Origin: a virus
Taxonomy: Duplodnaviria > Heunggongvirae > Uroviricota > Caudoviricetes
DNA: 14,514 nucleotides
Reading direction: 5' to 3' (one strand)
Virus record (IMG/VR): IMGVR_UViG_2724678985_000014
Shown here: in pieces, positions 8,476-13,465 of the stretch
How positions within the stretch are numbered: the first letter of the stretch is position 1
How the letters are laid out: each line of letters opens with the position of its first letter
The notes under the pieces: model-generated
Database searches by the model: none
What the model was told of the DNA's origin: nothing
What the model saw: the letters and a program-made list of their open reading frames with translations, nothing else
Translations under genes and position numbers: made by a program

Positions 8476-8953
8476 CAAGTAAATCCGGTAATTTATCCCC
8501 TGCCCGCGCACACTGATTTGCCCCCTTAGCAATAAGGGTTTTCAGATGGTCAAGATGGCGCGGTGTTAAATCAGGAAACTGTCGCTGCATGGATAAAGGG
8601 ATGGAATCAAGCGTACTGGATAACGCCATTGCCAGCTTACTGAGGGCAAAAATACAGAATCCGGCGTCAATAAGCTTACCTTCGGTTACCTGATTTTTAA
8701 GTTTTTGAGCTACGGCCTGTTCTTCTGTCAGTTCAGCTCTGGCCCGAAGCAGCCTTTCCTCCAGATCGCCCTCGTCATCAGGTATTCTCTGATTGTGTTG
8801 TCGCCGCTCGCGATCTATCTCCAGTACAGTTTTAACGTCATAAAAAACTTCCCTCCCCCGACGCTCAACAGGAGGAACGCCCCATTTATCAAATGCCTGA
8901 ACAGATATACCGATGGAGGAGGCCATATCACTTTTATTCAATAAAAAGGCCAT
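8447..8953 (-). CDS. Nu1: Terminase small subunit (Nu1-like)
   Basis: C-terminal half matches lambda Nu1 (FC.F.LS..A....S.LD..PLS.QR.FP.L..RH.D.LK..I.KA...AA......P.LL.EYI). Start chosen at ATG 8953-8951, immediately preceded by GGAGAGGAG (rc of 8954-8962); an alternative ATG is at 8971. The longer ORF-track start at 9058 would run into cosB. N-terminal domain diverges from lambda. Confidence 0.8.
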   Translation of the reverse strand: MAFLLNKSDMASSIGISVQAFDKWGVPPVERRGREVFYDVKTVLEIDRERRQHNQRIPDDEGDLEERLLRARAELTEEQAVAQKLKNQVTEGKLIDAGFCIFALSKLAMALSSTLDSIPLSMQRQFPDLTPRHLDHLKTLIAKGANQCARAGDKLPDLLDEYIRATTE

Positions 8954-9168
8954 CTCCTCTCCATAAGCCATCGATAAAAAGCGATACAACAACCATGTGT
9001 TTTTACAAAACCATTTGATATCATTGACATTTTTCGCATTGACGACATCAAAACACATCGTAAGGTTGTTGTATTTATTTTATTTTCACCTTACTTATCA
9101 ATTAGATATGCCAAACAATTAAACAACAACTCCCCCTCAAAAAATCTCATAAATAGCGAAAACCCGCG
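8954..9168 (-). promoter_or_regulatory. cosB-like region between cosN and the Nu1 start (candidate terminase small-subunit binding repeats)
   Basis: Position equivalent to lambda cosB. Two direct CATTGAC repeats (plus 9022-9028 and 9037-9043) are flanked by an imperfect ~20-bp inverted repeat (8984-9003 atacaacaaccatgtgtttt versus 9050-9074 aaaacacatcgtaaggttgttgtat). Sequence differs from remembered lambda cosB. Confidence 0.5.
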
Positions 9169-9180
9169 AGGTCGCCGCCC
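9169..9180 (-). other. cosN: 12-nt cohesive-end sequence GGGCGGCGACCT (minus-strand sense), identical to lambda
   Basis: Minus strand reads ...GATCCGACAGGTTACG|GGGCGGCGACCT|CGCGGGTTTTCGCTATTTATGA. This matches the remembered lambda right-end / left-end junction over ~50 nt with one mismatch in the right-end portion (CCGGCGATCC versus remembered lambda CCGGTGATCC). Confidence 0.85.
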
Positions 9181-9216
9181 CGTAACCTGTCGGATCGCCG
9201 GAAAGGACCCGTAAAA

Positions 9217-9231
9217 TGATAATAATTATCA
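9217..9231. promoter_or_regulatory. Perfect 7-1-7 inverted repeat TGATAAT-A-ATTATCA (Fur-box-like; alternatively part of the cosQ-proximal region)
   Basis: Read directly. Matches the 7-1-7 representation of the Fur box. Lies 37-51 bp from cosN on the genome-right-end side and about 150 bp upstream of the plus-strand ORF at 9380. Confidence 0.4.
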
Positions 9232-9379
9232 TCTACATGTCACAACGTGCATCTACGCCATCAAACCACGTCAAATAATCAATTATGACGCAGGTATCGT
9301 ATTAATTGATCTGCATCAAATTAACGTAAAAGCAACTTCAGATAATACAAATCAGCAACACTGAATATGGGGCAACATT

Positions 9380-9604
9380 ATGTCATCAAAGAACAGAACC
9401 CGCAGAACAACAACCCGCAACATCCGATTTCCAAACCAGATGATTGAACAAATTAACATCGCTCTTGATCTGAAAGGTTCAGGAAATTTTTCAGCGTGGG
9501 TTATTGAAGCCTGCAGAAGAAGATTAATTAATGAAAAATATTCTCAATTTGTACCCAACAAAGACAAACACGACCAGAGCACCTGTTCAGACAGGTTTAC
9601 TTAA
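9380..9604 (+). CDS. Small basic protein with a predicted ribbon-helix-helix DNA-binding fold (hypothetical)
   Basis: 74 aa. After a basic N-terminal tail, the segment TRNIRFPNQMIEQINIALDLKGSGNFSAWVIEACRRRL fits the RHH pattern (beta strand, helix, G-x-S/N turn, helix). Only plus-strand gene in the window. Followed by a hairpin terminator. Weak SD. Possibly related to small DUF-type proteins found next to terminase genes in E. coli prophages (recollection, unverified). Confidence 0.5.
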   Translation: MSSKNRTRRTTTRNIRFPNQMIEQINIALDLKGSGNFSAWVIEACRRRLINEKYSQFVPNKDKHDQSTCSDRFT

Positions 9605-9622
9605 ACGACTTATATATGACAC

Positions 9623-9652
9623 AAAAAGCGACCACTAAAGTCGCTTTTTCTT
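9623..9652. terminator. Bidirectional intrinsic terminator between the convergent RHH ORF and PerC/Pch-like gene
   Basis: 8-bp stem (9625-9632 aaagcgac paired with 9640-9647 gtcgcttt, 7-nt loop). Followed by a T-rich run on the plus strand (tttcttatgg) and, on the minus strand, by TTTTTGTGT. Confidence 0.6.
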
Positions 9653-9685
9653 ATGGTAACAGGCAATAACTCTCTCAGATATTTT

Positions 9686-10000
9686 TTAGCATTTTTTTGA
9701 CCGCGCGTTTCCGGACGTATTCTGTTCTCCTGTCCCTTTATATCGTCGGAATACCCGCCGCTCTTCAAATCCCATTCCCAACTCAGAATGTAGTCGGTTG
9801 ACCGCTTGTTTTATTTCGGTCAGGTTCACCGGTGAAACCGGAGTCCGGCGCGCCTTACGCAAACACTCTGCTCGTTTCTGTGCCGCCACTTTTCTTTTCT
9901 GGTCATCACTTAGCTGTACCATCACTTTTGCCCATCGTTCAGCTGCTCTCCGGTACAGTCCTTTTTTCTCCAGACATTCTGCCAGGTGATCATGTAGCAT
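9686..10000 (-). CDS. PerC/Pch-family transcriptional regulator (prophage-encoded PerC homolog)
   Basis: 104 aa. N-terminal L.E.LEKKGLYRRAAERWAKVM matches the PerC-family signature as I remember it (LE..GLWRRAA.RW). EHEC Pch proteins are about this length and prophage-borne (recollection). ATG at 10000 has GGAGG 6 nt upstream (rc of 10007-10011). Confidence 0.65.
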   Translation of the reverse strand: MLHDHLAECLEKKGLYRRAAERWAKVMVQLSDDQKRKVAAQKRAECLRKARRTPVSPVNLTEIKQAVNRLHSELGMGFEERRVFRRYKGTGEQNTSGNARSKKC

Positions 10001-10072
10001 AAGTAACCTCCGTTTATCTACAGACTGCCATCCTGAATTAACCGTCCTTAATAAGACAACAATAAAAAACTA

Positions 10073-10103
10073 ATTATATAAAAACAATAAAAATAATATA
10101 CAA
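10073..10103 (-). promoter_or_regulatory. Candidate sigma70 promoter for the PerC/Pch-like gene
   Basis: On the minus strand: TTGTAT (rc of 10098-10103), 17-nt spacer, TATATAAT (rc of 10073-10080), about 70 bp upstream of the ATG. The region is very AT-rich, so many hexamer matches occur by chance. Confidence 0.25.
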
Positions 10104-10463
10104 AAAAACTAAACAACAAAGAAAAGCAAATCATATCTGGCATTTTAATTGAAAGAGCAATTACCGAACAAAAGACGCTGACTATATACTCAAAACCAAA
10201 CAACAATTCTGCCAATCAGGTATCATGGCAACACACGGAATTACCATGTTTTTGCCTTCTCTGCCCATACAATACGGGCATATACTTCATACTCTATTGT
10301 AATATTTCTATCCATGCGCCCCACTCCATTTACCTGTAAATAATATTCAAAATATTTATCACAGAAATCGTTTTTGGCCATGAACTGAGCACACTATAAA
10401 GTCCGGAACTGACTCTTTGTTAAATTACCTTAACGTTACCAGTAACACCTTCGTAACAAAACA

Positions 10464-10931
10464 TCACGGTATACACTGGGTACGGATATATTCCTGTGCT
10501 CCTTCCAGTTGCTTCTGCATTGCCATCAGCCGTTCTCTGAGGATGAAATAATCCCGTTCAGCGGCTTCTGCCAGTCGGGGACCGGTTGCATTATCCACGC
10601 CGGAGGTGATGGGGGCTTTACGCAAGGAGCCTGGACAGTTGGCGTTGATCCGCAGGCGCTTACGACCAGCGGCAACATCAGCGCGCAGAGTTTCATTTTC
10701 AGCTCTCGCATCGGCTAATTCCCTCGAGTATCTGGCATCAAGTGCAGCAACATCACGCTGGCGCTGCTGCATATCAGTAATGGTTGCATTTGCCAGCTCC
10801 AGCTCACTGACTTTTTTATCGCGCTGCTCTTTGTAGGTTATGGCGTTATCACGGTAATGATTCAGCCCCAGACTAAGCGCACCACAGGCCACCAGCAGGG
10901 CAATGATGACCACGCACAGTACGCGGTTCAT
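10464..10931 (-). CDS. Rz: i-spanin Rz
   Basis: Start placed at MNRVLCVVIIALLVACGAL (ATG 10931-10929), giving 155 aa (lambda Rz is 153). Strong match to lambda Rz (NHYRDNAITYK.QRDK, L.LANA.ITDMQ.RQRDVAALDA.Y..ELADA.AEN..LR.DVAAGR.RL, SGVDNA..PRLA..AERDYF.LRERL..MQKQLEG.Q.YI...C). N-terminal TM segment. Confidence 0.88.
   Translation of the reverse strand: MNRVLCVVIIALLVACGALSLGLNHYRDNAITYKEQRDKKVSELELANATITDMQQRQRDVAALDARYSRELADARAENETLRADVAAGRKRLRINANCPGSLRKAPITSGVDNATGPRLAEAAERDYFILRERLMAMQKQLEGAQEYIRTQCIP
10526..10711 (-). CDS. Rz1: o-spanin Rz1 (lipoprotein), embedded in the +1 frame of Rz
   Basis: 61 aa. MRELKMKLCALMLPLVVSACGS... matches lambda Rz1 (MLKLKMMLCVMMLPLVVVGC...CVKPPPPPAWIMQPPPDWQTPLNGIISPSE.G): lipobox VSAC, proline-rich mature domain. 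A second in-frame ATG lies at 10696. Confidence 0.8.
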   Translation of the reverse strand: MRELKMKLCALMLPLVVSACGSTPTVQAPCVKPPSPPAWIMQPVPDWQKPLNGIISSSENG

Positions 10932-10932
10932 T

Positions 10933-11034
10933 TCACCACCAGCGTATCTGACCAATGAAATAACCGGAAGCCATAATCACAAACACCAGCCAGATAAGGA
11001 TGAACTTCCAGGTGGATAATTTTTCAGCCATCAT
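10933..11034 (-). CDS. Hypothetical 33-aa single-pass membrane peptide immediately upstream of, and coupled to, Rz
   Basis: ATGATG at 11034-11029 preceded by GGGAG (6-nt spacer). Encodes MMAEKLSTWKFILIWLVFVIMASGYFIGQIRWW with a ~20-residue hydrophobic core. Its TGA stop (10935-10933) is 1 nt from the Rz ATG (TGG TGG TGA A ATG). The longer ORF-track form (start 11151) would run through a hairpin and has no SD. Confidence 0.45.
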   Translation of the reverse strand: MMAEKLSTWKFILIWLVFVIMASGYFIGQIRWW

Positions 11035-11228
11035 TCGAATCTCCCGAATCAGTTTGCTAAAATCAAACACACTTTCTCCTTTGACTTTTCCGGAGTCAGG
11101 AAACACAAAACCCCACTTGCGGCCAACAAACGGGGTTTTACTTTTATTCACTTAGTTTTTGCCAGTTCGCAGGATTTCGTGTTATCCGCCCGTGTGAGCA
11201 AACCGCATTTTTCAGCAAAATATTCTGC

Positions 11229-11762
11229 TTATCTGTCAATTCCCCAGCACGCCAGCGCGCTCTCCTGGTCACGCCGTGAGACCTGACCGTAGCAGTTGTT
11301 TGAGCGAATACGGCAGTCTCTGCCACCGTCCTTAATCCACCAGCGAATCGCCTCGCATGCTCCCCTGCGGTCACCAGCATTAATCCGTCTGTAAAACGTC
11401 GACGGGAAACACTTACCGGGGCCAATGTTGTACGGACAGAATGACGCAATCCCCGCTTTCTGGGGTTCGGTCAGTGGCACTCTGATGTTTTTCTCCACCC
11501 ATGCCAGCGCCTTATCACGTTCAATGGCGTTAACCTGGTCGCATTTTTCCTTCGACAGCTTCATGCCAGGAATCACAGGCTTACCATCCACCATGATGGC
11601 ACCTCGGCAGATGGTCCAGATACCCGCACCATCACGGTATGCCGTGGTGTGGTTACCTTCCTTTTCATCCAGAAACTGGTCGAGAATGTCAGGCGCAGGC
11701 GCACCAGCGGCAATCAGCGCCAGAACGGCAGCCGACAGGCCGTATTTGATTTTGGTGTTCAT
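11229..11762 (-). CDS. R: Endolysin, GH24 (T4-lysozyme-like) family, with an Ala/Gly-rich N-terminal hydrophobic segment (candidate SAR or signal sequence)
   Basis: 177 aa. Catalytic-triad spacing E35-D44-T50 (EGNHTTAYRDGAGIWT) as in T4 lysozyme E11/D20/T26 and phage 21 R. Residues 4-24 (KIKYGLSAAVLALIAAGAPAP) are weakly hydrophobic and Ala/Gly-rich. Lies in the lysis cassette between holin and Rz. Confidence 0.9.
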   Translation of the reverse strand: MNTKIKYGLSAAVLALIAAGAPAPDILDQFLDEKEGNHTTAYRDGAGIWTICRGAIMVDGKPVIPGMKLSKEKCDQVNAIERDKALAWVEKNIRVPLTEPQKAGIASFCPYNIGPGKCFPSTFYRRINAGDRRGACEAIRWWIKDGGRDCRIRSNNCYGQVSRRDQESALACWGIDR

Positions 11763-11804
11763 GGATATTTATCAGGATTTATCGGCAACAGATAACGAGC
11801 CAGC

Positions 11805-12227
11805 TTATATACGTCCTTTAAGATAAGTCAGTCCTGGATGAAACCAGTAAGCCGGCACTTTTTTAAAGGGCGGGTTGTCAAACTCACGAAGAAGAGCCTC
11901 CCGCACAACTGCATCCTTGTCCGCACCACTGGCCAGCGCTTCAATCTCAGCAGCTATCTGCAGATATCCCATGCAACGACCAATGCACTTCATCAGCCCC
12001 TGCTTTTTATTGTTCTTCAGGTAATCAATGGCAAATTCAATGAGCACCTCACTATGCTGGTGCGATGGCGGTGTTACTTTTCCATTTTCTGAGATGGTTA
12101 TTTTCCCAGCATCACCGGATACAACAAAGGATGGCCGGTTACACTCCCATTCCAGCTCACTGAAATTATCATTATGAATACTGAAACACTCTGAGAGATT
12201 TCTGCTCATCGCGGCGTTTTTTTTCAT
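11805..12227 (-). CDS. Hypothetical protein encoded between holin and endolysin (start uncertain)
   Basis: 140-aa ORF with no TM segment or signal peptide and four Cys. The first ATG (12227) is followed directly by A8 (plus T8 at 12217-12224) and has no SD. Overlaps the upstream 49-aa ORF by 56 nt. E. coli Qin prophage has ydfR at the equivalent position (recollection), but I cannot confirm homology. Confidence 0.45.
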   Translation of the reverse strand: MKKNAAMSRNLSECFSIHNDNFSELEWECNRPSFVVSGDAGKITISENGKVTPPSHQHSEVLIEFAIDYLKNNKKQGLMKCIGRCMGYLQIAAEIEALASGADKDAVVREALLREFDNPPFKKVPAYWFHPGLTYLKGRI

Positions 12228-12321
12228 CTTCAGAAGGCATCAGCGTCGACAGTTTTTTATTCAGTTCAGCAATTTCATTTTCCAGACGACTGAAGCGCTG
12301 ATTCATTTCTTCATGGTTCAT
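12172..12321 (-). CDS. Hypothetical 49-aa charged helical peptide, translationally coupled to the holin stop
   Basis: ATG at 12321-12319 lies 4 nt after the holin TAG (GGA GAT TAG GTG ATG), with GGGGAG 8 nt upstream inside the holin 3' end. Encodes MNHEEMNQRFSRLENEIAELNKKLSTLMPSEDEKKRRDEQKSLRVFQYS. Below the ORF-track size cut-off; found by manual translation. Confidence 0.35.
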   Translation of the reverse strand: MNHEEMNQRFSRLENEIAELNKKLSTLMPSEDEKKRRDEQKSLRVFQYS

Positions 12322-12324
12322 CAC

Positions 12325-12540
12325 CTAATCTCCCCGGGCAGCCTTGCGACGGTCCTCTTTAATTTTGAAATACAGGTTAGTCAGATACGTCAGCAGGCCA
12401 AACAGCAGACTCCCCAGCACACCTATCGCCACCCACTGGGACGGAGAGACTTTGTCCAGCAGCTGCAGTAACCAGTATCCCGTCCCCACCGCTGACGTGG
12501 TGTATGACACACCTGTTGTGATTTTTTCCATCTGGTACAT
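12325..12540 (-). CDS. S: Class II holin of the phage 21 S21 (pinholin) type with dual-start motif
   Basis: 71 aa. [71 protein letters not shown] matches remembered S21 and DLP12 EssD-type holins. Met1 and Met4 give the antiholin/holin dual-start arrangement. GGGAG SD sits 7 nt upstream of Met1. Two TM segments. Confidence 0.92.
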   Translation of the reverse strand: MYQMEKITTGVSYTTSAVGTGYWLLQLLDKVSPSQWVAIGVLGSLLFGLLTYLTNLYFKIKEDRRKAARGD

Positions 12541-12575
12541 ACCCCGTCTCCCGTTATCCGGAAGCTCACAACATG

Positions 12576-12605
12576 AAAAAGGCCAGCAGCTGTTTACTGA
12601 TGGCC
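12576..12605 (-). terminator. Terminator-like hairpin on the coding strand just upstream of the holin SD
   Basis: Stem 12581-12589 ggccagcag paired with 12597-12605 ctgatggcc (one mismatch, 7-nt loop). On the minus strand it is followed by TTTTT (plus A5 at 12576-12580). Lies between the stop of the acidic ORF (12617) and the holin start. Confidence 0.35.
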
Positions 12606-12616
12606 CTGACTCCCCG

Positions 12617-12889
12617 TTACAGCATCATGACCGATTCGGGTTGAGGTTCAGTCGCATCGGCGACCGGTGATTCAGGCTGAACTTCACCGCTCTCTGCGGT
12701 GGTATCTCCCGCTTCAGTCGGTGGCTCTGCCTGTACACCAAGCAGCTCATCCAGAATGGCATCAACCTCTGCATCAAGACGCGCTTCCAGGTTATGGCGA
12801 AGTTTTTGTTTCAGTGCGCTCCGGACTTCTTCAGAGCGCAGGACTTCCTTCACTGCTTCAGCAGTGACCAGGGATGTAATTTCTGACAT
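12617..12889 (-). CDS. Hypothetical acidic protein (helical N-terminus, Glu/Asp/Pro/Thr-rich tail)
   Basis: Start placed at the internal ATG 12889-12887, giving 90 aa ([90 protein letters not shown]). The N-terminal 58 residues of the ORF-track call are low-complexity and overlap a better small ORF. Weak SD. Confidence 0.4.
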   Translation of the reverse strand: MSEITSLVTAEAVKEVLRSEEVRSALKQKLRHNLEARLDAEVDAILDELLGVQAEPPTEAGDTTAESGEVQPESPVADATEPQPESVMML

Positions 12890-12929
12890 GGGATTTTCTC
12901 GTCGAAAGATGTGATTAAGAAAGTTGCCG

Positions 12930-13109
12930 CTAAATGAGCGGCTCTTCGGGTTTGCTTCCGGCTGACTGACTGGCGCTGATTTTCTCAGCGGCCCTTTTGT
13001 CAATCTGTCTGCGCCAGAAGTCACGCATGGCCCTGTACCCACCCGAAAGGAGATACAGCACACAGACCACCGTACAGAAGTACAGCATTAACTGGTTCAG
13101 AAATGTCAT
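12930..13109 (-). CDS. Hypothetical 59-aa small membrane protein (N-terminal TM helix, basic tail)
   Basis: Manual translation from ATG 13109-13107: MTFLNQLMLYFCTVVCVLYLLSGGYRAMRDFWRRQIDKRAAEKISASQSAGSKPEEPLI. Hydrophobic residues 5-22 then a positively charged segment. Weak SD (GGAAAG). Confidence 0.35.
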   Translation of the reverse strand: MTFLNQLMLYFCTVVCVLYLLSGGYRAMRDFWRRQIDKRAAEKISASQSAGSKPEEPLI

Positions 13110-13205
13110 AATTTCTTTCCGTTATTGTTGACAATAAGAACTGTTTTCATTTAAAAAACCAGAGCACGAAAGTATCGTTCCTTTATTTTTTCTCCATAGG
13201 TATTA

Positions 13206-13245
13206 CCACCGCCAGCGTCCATTCCTGTCGCTGGCGGTTTTTTTT
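13206..13245 (+). terminator. Strong plus-strand intrinsic terminator (9-10 bp GC-rich stem followed by T8)
   Basis: 13209-13217 ccgccagcg paired with 13229-13237 cgctggcgg (11-nt loop), immediately followed by TTTTTTTT at 13238-13245. Oriented opposite to all neighbouring genes. No T-tract on the minus-strand side. Confidence 0.6.
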
Positions 13246-13265
13246 ATCATGCCGCAGTGTCTGTG

Positions 13266-13465
13266 NNNNNNNNNNNNNNNNNNNNNNNNNNNNNNNNNNN
13301 NNNNNNNNNNNNNNNNNNNNNNNNNNNNNNNNNNNNNNNNNNNNNNNNNNNNNNNNNNNNNNNNNNNNNNNNNNNNNNNNNNNNNNNNNNNNNNNNNNNN
13401 NNNNNNNNNNNNNNNNNNNNNNNNNNNNNNNNNNNNNNNNNNNNNNNNNNNNNNNNNNNNNNNNN
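13266..13465. other. Assembly gap: run of 200 N
   Basis: Read directly from the sequence. Interrupts the 3' end of the esterase-like gene. Because 200 is not a multiple of 3 and the true gap length is unknown, the frame across it cannot be inferred. Confidence 1.

Noticed and set aside
8954-9058. Upstream extension of Nu1 (MCFDVVNAKNVNDIKWF...)
   Set aside because: It runs into the repeat-rich cosB region. The internal ATG at 8953 has a strong SD, and the lambda Nu1 alignment begins there.
10231-10371. 46-aa minus-strand ORF (MAKNDFCDKYFEYY...) in the AT-rich spacer
   Set aside because: No SD. AT-rich sequence produces short open frames by chance, and nothing suggests coupling or conservation.
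10933-11151. 72-aa long form of the micro-ORF upstream of Rz
   Set aside because: The N-terminal extension has no SD and is encoded across the stem-loop at 11107-11139. The internal ATGATG with a GGGAG SD gives a more plausible 33-aa product.
11144-11449. 101-aa minus-strand ORF overlapping the 3' half of the endolysin in another frame
   Set aside because: Out-of-frame overlap with a gene whose catalytic motifs are intact. Arg-rich junk-like translation that runs through the R-Rz spacer hairpin.
12617-13063. 148-aa long form of the acidic ORF
   Set aside because: The first 58 residues are Cys/Pro/Ser/Gly-rich low-complexity and overlap a better small TM ORF in another frame. The internal ATG at 12889 gives a coherent protein.
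13127-13170. Plus-strand TTGACA hexamer at 13127-13132 as promoter of a short plus-strand RNA ending at the 13206-13245 terminator
   Set aside because: No convincing -10 element at the right spacing (only TTAAAA-like). Kept as a possibility in the esterase finding but not supportable as a feature.
13183-13265. C-terminal 26 residues (QTLRHDKKNRQRQEWTLAVVIPMEKK) appended to the esterase by the ORF track across the N gap
   Set aside because: The frame cannot be carried across a 200-nt gap of unknown true length, and this stretch runs through a strong terminator hairpin.
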